Source: Callorhinchus milii (taxonomy: Eukaryota). Taken from it: a stretch of DNA of 60,000 nucleotides. The DNA lies in the NCBI RefSeq assembly GCF_018977255.1, contig NW_024704742.1:25546001-25606000 (forward strand). The letters are read 5' to 3'. The position numbers and the translations under genes are program-made. The notes below the pieces were generated by a model, which saw only the letters and a program-made list of their open reading frames with translations, did no database searches and had not been told where the DNA came from. This document shows positions 11,527 to 23,614 of the stretch, piece by piece; within the stretch, counting starts at the first letter, position 1, and each line of letters starts with the position of its first letter.

Positions 11527-13327
11527 CTGCCAAATTACAAACACAAAATAAACCTGAACACAAATGTATTTGCTTCACATATTGCATTTCTTAAGCAAGA
11601 ATCTCCATAACAAACATATTTGAAGTGCAGAGTACAAAAATCTCACCAACGATGAATTTCATGTAAATACAAGAAGCAGAAAGACCTAATAGATATTTAG
11701 GTATTGTGTTCAATATGGCTTTCCTCAATCAACTCGATTTCTACTAACATTCTCCCACAGCCACAAGAAATGTACAAGACTATGTCATCCGCCTCCAGCT
11801 TTAGCCCCTTGTTGTCTGGAAGCATCTGGGTTCTGGACAGTTGAGATTTGGTCTTCTGCAGTGAAAATGGGGAATGTTACTCTAAAGTGCAGCAACTCCA
11901 GATCTCCAGCAAATTCAGGCTACAGAGGGAGAAATCCTAGATGTTTACAGGGCAGAAGGAGACCATTCGAAACTTCGGGTCTGCATCAGCTCTCAAAGCA
12001 AGCTGCTCATACAATCCCACTGCCCCCTCTTATCCCCATAACCTTCAAGCCTATTTCTTTCATGTATCCGTCTACTTCCCTCTTGAAACCAAAACGGTCT
12101 CTGCATCTGCTACACAGGGTTGTTGGGATGTGGGGTGACAGAACATTCCATTCAAAAAAACTGTGTGAAAACATTTCTCCAAGCTTTCTTTTGCTCTATT
12201 TATAACTATGTCCTCTAGTCATTGACCCCCCCACTAGTGACAATAGGGTAATCAGTGACCAGAAGATATAAATTTACCTCAAGAGTTGCCTTTCTGACCG
12301 CGAGTTTGGTGACCATTCCCCTCCCCACCTTCTTCAGCTCCCACCCCCAGCTCAGGTACCCAGCAGTGTGAAATGCTTTGAAACGTCCTCCCGATGGGAA
12401 AGGCACTGTATAAATGATATTTATGATTGGATGAGGATTAGGATTGTATTGTACAGATATGAGATATATCTATGAACATATATGGAAGAGTAAAACCAAA
12501 GATGGCTTTACTTTTCCTGTGTATTATGATTTATCTGTAGCTGCTTTGAAAGAGGTGAGGAAAGTGTAGTGTGGAACAGCAGCATCAGTTGCGACATCAG
12601 TTCAGGGTGAAGAGATTGGTAGAATTCAGCAGGTAATCCACCAGGCCTTGTGTTTTTTCTTGTCAAACTATGTAAATTAGCTGCCGGATGTGCCTCCGTA
12701 ACATTAATTTCTAATTAATCTCATTCTGCAAAGTCCTATCAGGCATTTGTTTTACGTTATATAAATGTAAGATGATTCTATAGGTCTTTCATTTACTATT
12801 GGATCCCACTTGCCAGAACTGGGGTGCCCAATAACTGTATATTTTTCCCTGAGCTGTCAAGTTAGTGAAGTCTGCTGGATAGTTTAGCTTGTTCTTCAGA
12901 TTCCAAGGTGAAATGCAGGAGTGCAGAAGTCTGAAAAATCCCTCGTTGATCTCAGTGGGCTGGAAGTGAGTTTGCAAGAGCTTCTTACAAGATGTGTGTA
13001 ATGAAATCTGAAGCATTTGTTCTTGGTATTTTGCTTGGATTACCGTTGCTTCCACATGTTGTCAAGCAGGTGGCTTAGCTCTACGTTGGTAAATGTTAGA
13101 ATCTGTTCAGTGTTCTCTAATCAGGATCATTTTTTTTGCCGGTTTTCTAGCTTTCCCTTCCTTCACTCGACCCCACTGGACTTGGAGCAGCCATGCCTCT
13201 TGGTAGAGTTGCAAGCGATTAAGTGGAGTGCAGAATTATTATCCTCCAGAATCAATTTAATGAGGCCATCTTTATACAGCAAATGCTTGATGCCACATGG
13301 TATACCATGCAGCTTTTCCTACCCATT

Positions 13328-13351
13328 CCCTCCCTCCCTCCCTCCCTCCCT
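13328..13351 (+). repeat. (CCCT)6 microsatellite, read as (AGGG)6 in the STX18 pre-mRNA
   Basis: Read directly from the sequence. Confidence 0.95.
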
Positions 13352-13379
13352 CAAAACAGAAATTGAAAAAATAAATTAC

Positions 13380-13457
13380 TTTTCAAGTATGCTTCCAACA
13401 AGTACAGGACCCCTTCTCTGTGCTCCTTCACCTGGGGAGAAATCACGTTCTTGATTG
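13380..13457 (-). CDS. STX18: Syntaxin-18 exon 4 (78 nt): (A)IKNVISPQVKEHREGVLYLLEAYLK
   Basis: Acceptor tttttccag|CA, donor AAA|gtaatt; QVKEHR...YLK motif; phase 1 at both ends. Confidence 0.94.
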
Positions 13458-14340
13458 CTGGAAAAAAAAATTTTCACATGAATATCAGCCACATTTTCTA
13501 AAGGCTACCTCATAACAAGGACAACAAATCACATTTGTATACCGCCTTTCACATTGGGAGGACATCCGAAGCACCAACCTTCATTTAGCCTTAACCATTT
13601 ACAGCCTAATTACTCTATCTCATTATTGAAAAGTCTAGCAGGAAATTTAAGATTCACTTAGCATGAGAGGAATGTAACCGAGTACTTGATAAACGCTGCT
13701 AAAGCCTTAATCGAATGAATATGGAGGCTCTACAGGAGAAATGCTTTATCCTATAGAATTATATTGACTAATACACTTTTCCTGTGGAACTGATGTAGAA
13801 CACATTTTCAATAATCACTGGGATCCTATTTGCAGCTTATTACATATATATAACATTCTAATTGCCTGTATTGCGATAGACATTCTGTTGCAGTACAAAT
13901 TTATATTCTTTGGCATTAAGCCAAAAAGACATTCTGCTTTTCTTAACGACTCCAAGCAAAAAATCCAAATCCTTGCTTATCAATGAAAGTGGGGGGAGAA
14001 TAGAATAGATGTTTTCAAAAGGTTTAATCCAAAACTTTATGAAAGAATTCAATTAATGGATATCACTCGGCTGTGTCCACTTGTTGCCATTAGTAGATCT
14101 AAAAGAGACTTTAGCAGGAACGTCTTAAGCAGAGAGTGGGTGAGAATGTGAAAAGTCACTGACAGAAGCTGTGGTTGAAGCAGAAAGCAACATATTTAAG
14201 AAGATAATAATAATAATTCTTGTATTTGATATAGCGTCTGATCAGGTCTACGAGACGGGACGTCCACCTGACGTGAAAGCACTATACAAATGTAATTTGT
14301 TGTTGTTGTTGTCTCAAAGCGCTTCACAGAATATACTGTA

Positions 14341-14925
14341 AACAACAACAAATTACATTTGAATAGCACCTTTCATGTCAGGAGGCCATCCCAAGGCGTT
14401 GGACCGTCAGGGATCCGCACCCAAGATCGTGGTTGAGATCAGGAGGGGTGGAGGAACGGTAAGGGTAGGAGGGTGATCGAAGACACGGTCAAAGAGGAGG
14501 GTCTTGAGATGGGTCGTGAAGGAGGCAAGGGAGGGGGCGGGGCGGAGGGACTGTGGAATGGAGTTCCAGAGAATGGGGGCAGAGAGGTTGAAAGCCCGCC
14601 CACCAATGGTGGGGCATGTGAGGCGGAGGACGTGAAGCAGGCCAGGGTTAGGAGGTCATAGAGGTATGGAGGAGCAAGGCTGTGGAAGACTTTGAAGGTG
14701 AGGACCAGAACCTTAAACTGTAGCCTCTGAGTGATGGGGAGCCAGGCGAGGATGGGGGGATAGGGTCTGCAGCTTGTGGAGGGAGGAGCTGGGGAGGCCA
14801 ACAAGCAGGGAATTTGTGTAGTCAAGCCTGGATATGATGAATGTGTGGATGAGGGTCTCAGCGGCCTGGGGTGAGAGACAGGGTGGAGCCAGGGAATGTT
14901 GCAGTGAGTTGACTGAATGATTTTG
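14341..14925 (-). mobile_element. L2 LINE 3' fragment including the ORF2 C-terminus
   Basis: ORF 14439-15047 contains WLPITQRLQFKVLVLTFKVFHSLAPPYLYDLL, the L2 RT C-terminal region; tail at 14341-14400. Confidence 0.9.
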
Positions 14926-15941
14926 TGATACACAGGTGAGAGAGAATAGAGGATTTGGGAGAGAAACCCTAACCCTCCTCCTCTATAATAGTGACAGGAG
15001 CAGATAATTAATGCACAGCAACAGTTCTTATCTCCGCGTCTCAACATGATCCATCACCACAGGAGCAGTACTAACCCAGTGCTAGATTTCATCGTACCCC
15101 AAGCAGCAGAGACAGGAATGGTCCTGCACTGGGGGAGACCTGCCTGGCTGATGGAGTAAGAATCCAATGCAAGGGTCCCTGATTGACTACAAAATAGAAT
15201 ATTTCAGTGGAATTAATGAGGGCAGTGATAAGCAGCTGTGGTTCTCAAGACCCATCAACCAACTTCCCCAGGCTCCAAAGGAAACTTCACTAGACAGATG
15301 CAAGACCTGGAGCTAAAGAACAAGGCAAAAGGCTCCAGGCCGCTATGAATATAAATAACAGCAGTAGAACTCATTTGGGAGAAAACACTTGTTTCTTGTA
15401 TCATGTAGCCCAGGCCAGGATAATGATTTTGAAGACCTAAGGAATGGCAATTTAGAAAGTCAACCCTAAAACTCAACATCTGTTGATGATGGCTGAGGTA
15501 AGATGTCAGTTGTGTGAGCTATCACAGTCAGCGATTCATTAGTTCTGATGAAATGGCCCACTGGTAATGTTAACCTGTCTCGTCTTTCAGAAGACTTGCT
15601 GCGAATATCCATCAACTTTGCTTTTTTATTGCAGTGATTCAGAGCGCTTTTATTTAACATCTCCTAAAGCATACAACGAACCAACTTGTTCCATAGTCAA
15701 AATTAAATCAAAGGAAAACTGGAAGGTGCTGGCAAAGTATGCAGCTATCCAGTTATTCCACAGCTAAAGCTTTGAAATCCTAAGAAAAAGGTAGAGTCAC
15801 CTGAATTGAGAGGAGAGGATGAGATAACTCTCAGGGTTTAGGAATGCAATTGAAAGCAATATTTAATATATAAGTATATTTGGTAGTTATGAGGTAATGG
15901 TGTGAGGAAGGTCAGATGCCTCAGTGTACATAGGAACCATA

Positions 15942-16043
15942 TTTCGCCCACAAATTTACTTACAGCATATTCTGTGAAGCGCTTTGAGACGTCTAGAAGA
16001 CATGAAAAGCGCTATATCAAATGCAAGGATTATTATTATTATT
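15942..16043 (+). mobile_element. 5'-truncated tRNA-SINE tail
   Basis: tttcgcccacaaa...gtgaagcgctttgagacgtc...atcaaatgcaaggattattatt. Confidence 0.85.
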
Positions 16044-17039
16044 ATACAATTGTTTTTTGCAAAACATTTTCTCAGCCAGGTCTCTGATACATGCGGAAAC
16101 CCATCATAATGCTTAAGAGTATCCAAACCAAGCTGAGAGTTCAATGCATCTCAATTGCCCCAGAGGGCTGGCTTGATTCCGACATTCCATTTCCAAGCAT
16201 TTTTTTTGTTTTGCAAGATATCACAAGAGAGGGATGGATTAAGAAAGCCTTTCAGCCCATTTGATCTCAACTTATTTTCATTTGTTTACAACCCAGCCTC
16301 CTTATAGAGCATACTGTGAATTCCCCCAACCCCCACACACACAAACAAACACACACACACACATTGGATAAGACAGCATATCAACTCCACTTGCAAATTC
16401 TCATTCAACCTTCTGTACAAAATGTTTTACAAAATTCTAAGGCGATGAACAGGTCTGAATAGCAGTCAAACAGTTAACAACACAACGTTCGATGGATTCC
16501 AGCAACTTAGAACAGCTGCAGGAAGCAAGTTGTTTATTATCATACTCTTCCCAGATGAATTGCTAACAAGATGGATAGGTATACAACTGAAGTCTGTCAT
16601 AGACTGCACAGAACAGATCTCGAGGGCAGTGTTCTTGGACTGACAAACAAATATCTACTTGTAGTCAAGAGTCATCAAAATCTTTTACAACTATTCCCCT
16701 AAGGCATCAATCTTTTCTTAAAAAAAGGGTTCAGTTACAACGTTTGCCTGTGCCAAGCAATTCATCTGCCAAGTTATCTGAAAAATATCAGCAGTCATTC
16801 AAAAGTATCTGTGACTGGAAATGGCTGACATTGCTTCAGGTTTCTGTTGTGATAGTTATGAGGTAATGGTGTGAGGATGGTCAGATGCCTCAGTGTACAT
16901 AGGAACCATATTTTGTTTTACTGAATCGGCTGCACAAGAGCAGCACTGAAGGGAGTGCTGGCTATCAGCAGGAGGACAGCCTTTAAGGTAGAGAGGGGAG
17001 AAGGTGAAAGACTTGTGGAGCATTGGCAACCAGAATAAT

Positions 17040-17386
17040 AAGTGCTTCATAGAATATATGGCAAAGTAAATTGATTGTTTATTTTGTAGGCAAAACACGG
17101 CAGTCAATTGTGCACAGTAGTGTTCCACAAACAATGGTGGACTGAGTGACCAAATTATAATTTTTATTTTTTGTAATGAGTGATTATTAAAAGCAATCCA
17201 GCATCTATTAACAACCAGGTTTCTACTTACTGCTAAGTGAACAGAGGAAGTGTGGAGTAGGGAACGTGCCTAAGATTTCACCCTGCCCAGGAATCAAACC
17301 TGGTCCTCTCGCTTGCGAGGTGAGTGAAGGATGGATCTTCAGCAGTAAAATAGCATTTGGCGGATGGGAAGCTGCAGCTAAAAAGT
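17040..17386 (-). mobile_element. tRNA-SINE variant with a non-tRNA 5' extension
   Basis: SINE body and B box present; the 5' ~60 nt are shared with 59851-59920 instead of the usual A-box half. Confidence 0.8.
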
Positions 17387-18240
17387 ACCAAGTCAACTCT
17401 GCAAATAGCAATCAGCAAAATACTCTCACTTGATAGTCAGAAGGCTGTGGGTTCAAGCCTGGAATTGGAATTTGTTGCACAAATAGCATAAAGCAGTTTT
17501 ATTGAGGGGGTGATGAGTTTCCCAGTTTGATTGGCCTTGTAGTTTGGAGGAGACATGAGATAGAAGGAAAAGATATATAAAAATAATCTTTACATTTGAT
17601 ATAGCCTTTCACGTTGGGGGCAGGGCAGAATACTCAAAGCAGTTCACAGGATTCACCGTAAAGTGAAGTGATTGTATATTTTGTGGGCAAACAACTGTCC
17701 TGATGCTGTGTTTTTAAACTAAGTATTACATGAGGACCAGAAAAAGGAGTTTTGTGGGAATTACATCTCTGGAAGGAGACAACTTGTCAAAAGTGAAGAT
17801 GGTAGTGCATCAGAAGTTGAAAATCACAAGAGAAGCAGGAGAAAAAAAAACCTAATTTCCAGAGGAAGGTACAATTTACCTTTTCAGAAATTCCCTATAT
17901 GAAAAAAGCAAAAATATTTCTACCTATTTATGAAAAGAAAGAACAGTAGTTTCTAGGTTTAGTCAATCATGAGTCAATGTATGGTCCTGCAGCATTAGTT
18001 TCATGACAAAAGGTTTCAGGTGTAAACATCACCCAATTTTAGCAATTTGTTAGGAACTGAAGATTGAAGTCGACAGGGGATCTGAAAAATCGGCATTATG
18101 TTGGAGACAGGATCCTGCTGGCAACAAGCAGTAGGATTACAAACAGAGGATATATGACTGTGATTCATGGATTACAAAAAAAATACACCAACCTCTGGCT
18201 TCATAATACATGACTAACATATTTCCAAGCGAGATATATC

Positions 18241-18241
18241 N
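18241..18241. other. Single ambiguous base (N) in the assembly
   Basis: n at 18241. Confidence 0.99.
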
Positions 18242-18465
18242 AAAAAAAGTATTCATGACTGGCTGACACAAAAATAAAACGTTGTCCTTTCACGTTTAGG
18301 TCTCGGACTCTTTTGAGGTTAGAAATTACAACATTGATGTTATCTGCACTTGGTGGCTGGCACAGGCTTAACTGACATGAATATTTAGCCAAGTCCCAGA
18401 ATGACGTCCTCCATACTGGCTACTAAGCTGGTGGTTGAGTAAATGGAAATGACTGCTTTATTTTT

Positions 18466-18950
18466 GGTCAGAACAGGTATCGGACACTTGCGGAAATGAA
18501 TCACCATGCTTAAAATCATCCAGACTAAACTTGAGCTCCATATAGGAACGTCACCTAGACGTGGAAATGTTCCTATGTCTGAAATGATATACATACTCTC
18601 TCTCCCCGATGGCACACACCCCACTAACTTAATTCCTCAAAATATTAGGCACAGGTGACAAGAGCCAAGATTTGGGGGCCCCAGAGTGTGCGTTGGAGTA
18701 CTGCTTGACCCTGAGAACATTATCTTGCCAGTTACCTGCTACTTAACCAGTCAGGAGCATCCTACCCATTAGGGGTTTGACTTGCAGGGTTAATAGGATC
18801 AGAGTGAGAAGAATCCTTGTGCCCAGTGACTGGTCTCCCACTCCAGTGCCTGCCAATGAGCCAGGCTGGCTGGTCTGTCATCAGCAGGGTCCTGGAGTAC
18901 TGCAGACGTGCCTGGTTAGGAACCAGACTACCAAAACCACCAGAAAGGAA
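18466..18950 (+). repeat. Unclassified interspersed repeat, family X copy
   Basis: Shares gcggaaa..atcaccatgcttaa, gtactgct and ttgcagggttaa..ccagtgactggtct with copies at 16.1, 34.6-35.3, 36.1, 39.3, 41.9 and 48.7-49.6 kb. Confidence 0.75.
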
Positions 18951-19772
18951 TTAATCAAAGTATCCATGGGGACACTGGGTACCTCACTGCTGATTGAGAA
19001 ATCCTCAAGTATGAATATTTCACATTTTTTTATTGGAAAGGCTATAGTGATCTGTTATGAATCAATGTTCGACATTTCAATTATGCCATTCAGTGAATTA
19101 ATCTGCGACAATGTGCTATGTTTACATTTATATAGCACCTTTGAAGTCGGGAGATAAATGCTTAAAATTGCTGCAAGGGCGCCCGAGTTGAGGGTGGGAG
19201 CCAAAGGGGATGGGGACGGTAAAGATTTCGTAACAAAAAACATATGACAGACAGCGAAGACATAGTCCCATCTTTATTTTTAGCTGAGAGGGAGCTGCTT
19301 GTTTCTTGGCAATGAATGCATGCCCGCAAGCCGGAACAGTTCAAGTTCATTCCAAAAATAGGAGAGTTCTGGAATCAAAATGATCAGGGAGATTGTAAGA
19401 AAAGTACACCAAATAACACTGCAGATCCCCATGCCTGCTGACTATCTCCACGTCCATTTATCCGTACTGGGTTCTGATGTGGAAGGGAAGTGGAGCTGCA
19501 GTATTGACAAGAAAAAATAATTAACACTCTTGGTTGCCAGGTGTGATTCACTTGTGCAGTGTAACTTTGAAACAGAAATGTAAAGTGTTTATTTAGCAAA
19601 CTGCTGCGGGCTCTGGTGACTGTTAGAAAGAAAGACAGGGAAAAAAAAGGGCTGGCACAATACAGTGCTTCGTCACAGTACAATTTGTGACAGAAAAAAG
19701 TTTTGGGTTAACACTGCAGCCAAGATGTATTTTGTGATAACTAATTATCACAACTTTGATAACTGTGATAAC

Positions 19773-20068
19773 AAACGTTGGCCAAGTTTCCTTACTCCAC
19801 TCGCCTCTGTTTACCTAGCAGTAAGTAGGAACCTGATTGTTAGTTAATTGGCCGACCGCTTTTCCGGGGGTAATAATTTCTTCAAAAAAAATACTAATAA
19901 TGACAAATTGGTCACTTTAATCCACGACTGTGCACTGCTGTGCGCAATTGACTGCTGCGTTTTGCCCACAAAATATACAGTCAATTCACTTTACAGTATA
20001 TTCTGGGAAGCGCTTTGAAACGTCTTGAAGACGTGATAAAATATATAAAATGCAAGGATTATTATTAT
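19773..20068 (+). mobile_element. tRNA-SINE lacking its head, with the central gcctctgtttacctagcagtaagtaggaacc segment
   Basis: Aligns to the full-length copies and ends in aaatgcaaggattattattat. Confidence 0.88.
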
Positions 20069-20333
20069 CAACAATGTTTCCATATCCACAGACCCAATTA
20101 GTGCAGATAACAGATTTTCTCCTGTAAAACTAAGGACATTGACTCTGTTTTCCCTTGAAAAATCAGAGGAAATACCTATTGAGATTTTCCATGTTAGCAA
20201 TACCTATACTTGCCTAATAAAATGATTACAATAGAATATATCTGAAGAAGGCTCGATTATTTCCTCCTACTCTGAGATAGTTGTTTAAAGGTTTTGCAAA
20301 AGTTAGATTAAAGCTAATGCAGTTTCTTTTCAC

Positions 20334-20449
20334 CTTCCGTCCTCAGCTGCTGGATGGCATCGGAGCATGTTCGCAAGAAAATCTGAGCGTCCTGATCAAT
20401 TTGGTCACGTTCGGTGTCCGTCATGCGAGAATACTCTGACATAAAACAA
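20334..20449 (-). CDS. STX18: Syntaxin-18 exon 3 (116 nt): (S)[38 protein letters not shown]
   Basis: Acceptor ctttcccag|T, donor AAG|gtgaaa; highly conserved [16 protein letters not shown] motif. Confidence 0.98.
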
Positions 20450-20790
20450 CTGGGAAAGAGAAAAAGGAATTCATCTTATAAAACAGGAATGAAGATGCAC
20501 GGCTCAATAATGCGAAGTTCAAATCTGAAGCAGTGACTTCAGCCTAAACAAGGGAACATTAACTCATTGGACAGTACAAAACTCTTGTTACTTTTGTCAA
20601 TTTGAAGAGAATTTCTAAATTCTTCCCAAAAATTCTCCTATGTTCACCCATAAAACATAGTCACTGCACTTTACAGAATATCTTGTGGAGCACTTTTGGA
20701 TATCCTCCTGACATGAAAGGTGCCATGCCAAACCACTTCGCAGTATTTCCTGTGAAGCGCTTTGAGATGTCTCAAAGACGTGATAATAAT

Positions 20791-21099
20791 TAATAATAAT
20801 CCTTGCATTTGATATAGCGCTTGTCGCGTCTTCTAGACGTCTCAAAGTGCTTCACAGAATATACTGAAAAGTGAATTGACCATATATTTGGGCGAAACAC
20901 AACAGCCAATTGCACACAGCAGTGCCCCACAAACAGTTGTGGATTGAAAATGACCAATTTATTATTGTTTAATTTGGAGGGATTATTATTAGGCGTGTGG
21001 AGTAAGGAAACTTGCCCAATGTTTCGCCCTGTCTGGAATTGAACCCAGGTGTCCCGTTTGCAAGGCGAGTGCTCTAACCACTGAGCTACAGGACTCCAC
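20791..21099 (-). mobile_element. tRNA-derived SINE with L2-type tail, complete from head to tail
   Basis: Minus strand begins gtggagtcctgtagctcagtggttagagc (A box), has gggttcaattcc (B box) and ends in an (ATT)n tail. Confidence 0.92.
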
Positions 21100-21211
21100 A
21101 AGATAAGACCCTACATCAAATGCCAGGATTATTATTAATCTTCCTATTCTTAATATTGAACTCCACAGCTCCACTTGCACACTAACCAATTACCATAGAT
21201 TATTAGAGTTG

Positions 21212-21300
21212 TGATTCATAGATTCATAGAGATTCATAGAATGTTACGGCACAGAAGGAGGCCATTTGGCCAATCATTTGGCCAATCTTTGACAGAGCAA
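21212..21300 (-). mobile_element. CR1-type 3' end remnant with a (gattcata)n tail
   Basis: gattcatagattcatagagattcatagaatgttacggcacagaaggaggccatttggcc. Confidence 0.65.
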
Positions 21301-23414
21301 GTCACTTTCACTAACCCCAATCACCATAACTACCTAAATATATTTAGTAACTGAACATGGCTGAGCAGGCAGGCTGTCGTAACAAAATAATCACCTGAAA
21401 AAAAAATTCATCTGATTGGTACGCATCAATTTTAGAAAAAAAATTGCAGTCAAAGGTGCAAAACCACCTTTGAATGTCAATACAGATTAATTCTGCTATT
21501 TGAAAAAAAAAGACAGGAAATCAATAATACATCACAAGCATCTTGACGACACCCCTCCCACACACACAAGATTTTGGTGCAATAATCAAAGAATTTGTTG
21601 CTGCCATTGCTATTTCCAATTACAGAGTGCAACATTTCACTGTGTTTCATGATCTATTTTAGATTGAATGAAGCCATTCTTCTGTTAAGCGGCATGAAAC
21701 ACTATCCTCCGCCATTGGCAACAATGGTGACAGCTGTGAGTGGGGAACAAAGGCAGCGACCACTAGCAGCTTCAGGCCGTTATGTGGAAGCGGGAGGATG
21801 GTGTTCGCATCCAAAATCAGTCAATAATTATGGTCTGAATCGCAATGTTGACCATACTGAATTCTGCTGTGAACCATGGCATTTTGCCAGTAATTTCATT
21901 GCCTTTTACATGACGTGCAGAGGTTTACAATCCTAAAAAATACAATTTCTCAATAACAAATCCTCTTTACTTCACCTCCTACTCTGACAGGAACCTACCT
22001 GGGCTAAACAGCCTTTTTCTGTGCCATACATTTCTGTGGATCTAACAGAACGTAGGGAAGGCAAACTGAAATGTTCTGCTGATCTTTATAGATTTGCTTT
22101 TTCAGCCTGCTGAACATTTGAGCGCGACATTTAGGTTCCAAAAATATCTTGTGAATTATTCCCTCTGGATACAATATTTTAATCATGTGAATTTGAAGTT
22201 TTTGATTTTATACATCAATACAACAGAAAGATTACTTTTACGACAATAAAAAAAACTTGCTTTGAAAGCTTTCTGGTGTGCAAAACATTATACTTTAATT
22301 ATATCGTTGGTTTAAAATGAACTGCAAATTTGCCACAGAAAGCGAGAACAAGATACGCATTTAGTTTAGTCACGTTCCCGATTGCTTGAATTCACTTTCT
22401 GACAAGGAAATACAGTCGACGTATGTATGTTTGTTGCAGAAAGTAAATTATTTTTCGAACTGAAAGCACCAGGCTCAGAAACATCAAGCTGGAGTGGCAC
22501 GATTGATCTTTTTACTCATTTTGTTGAGATGATATGCGGTCTCTCTTTATGGCCTTGGGTGTTTTGAGCATCAACATATGGCTTAATGTCAAAAATCATC
22601 AAGCAAAAATGGATGTGCAAAGCAGCCAGGGGTCTGTTCTATCCCTATTGCATTATGTAACAGCTACAGGGTGTTCATAAAGTCCTGTTACCCCCATGTT
22701 TTTAGATGCGAAAAGCACTATATCAAATGCAAGTATTATTATTATAATAAAAGTACTGATGCACCAGGAAGCTGTTCTTGTACCACTGCTGACGGCTTCT
22801 TAGCTTGAAGAACTGAGAAGCTGCAATGGAATTGCACAAACAAGGCAGAAGTTCTGATCGGTAAATATATGTCGCACTCCTTAATTGGAAATAACCGCAT
22901 CAAAAGCTTTGTTGGACAACATTATGCCAAAGTTTACAGTGCGTGCAGGAGAGGTCTCCACGGTGCTTGTGTAATATTTATGATTTCTTGTAACTGATTC
23001 AAATAATATTCAGCAACTTATTTAGAACAGTGGTCTGTGTCCAATATCTCAACAACTTGCATTTATATAGCACCTATCACGATGGGTAGTGTCTTACTTC
23101 ACATTGCTAGAGCTTGAAGCCTTGCCAGGGGAGACAAAGGTGAGGTGATTGTTGGCACAGTCGAAGAGGAAGATCTTCAGGTGAGATCTGAAGATGAGCA
23201 AGGAGTGTGAAAGGCGGAGGAATTGTGTCAACAGTCTCAGTCACAGGTCCCATGTTATTTTTGTCTCTGCCATTGGTAGTGCTTCTGTGCTGTATTTGTT
23301 ATTTGCTCATTCAGTTTGCTTTGTTCAACTCATGTCCCTCCTTTTTCAAGTATGTTTGCCGATTGTATATTTTCTGGTAAATAAAAAGAAAAGTTTCACT
23401 TTTTTCTTCTAATT

Positions 23415-23614
23415 TCCAGGAGTAATAATTCCTTAAAAAAAATTGGTCACTTCAATCCACGACTGTTTGTGGGACAGTGCTGTGTGGAACTGACTACTGT
23501 GTTTCGCCCACAAAATATACAATCAATTCACTTTACAGTATATTCTGTGAAGCGCTTTGAGATGTCTCGAAGACATGATAAGGCACTATATCAAATGCAA
23601 GGATTGTTATTATT
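23415..23614 (+). mobile_element. 5'-truncated tRNA-SINE
   Basis: 3' half of the SINE family with its tail. Confidence 0.85.

Noticed and set aside
12789..13110. Possible decayed Myb/SANT-like (Harbinger-type) coding remnant, LTFTNVELSHLLDNM
   Set aside because: The resemblance is short and interrupted by stops, with no TIRs seen; it cannot be supported without a search.
14439..15047. Longest supplied ORF (202 aa) as a host gene
   Set aside because: It is a read-through of a decayed L2 fragment; only a short part is L2 ORF2 and the rest is out-of-frame, low-complexity sequence.
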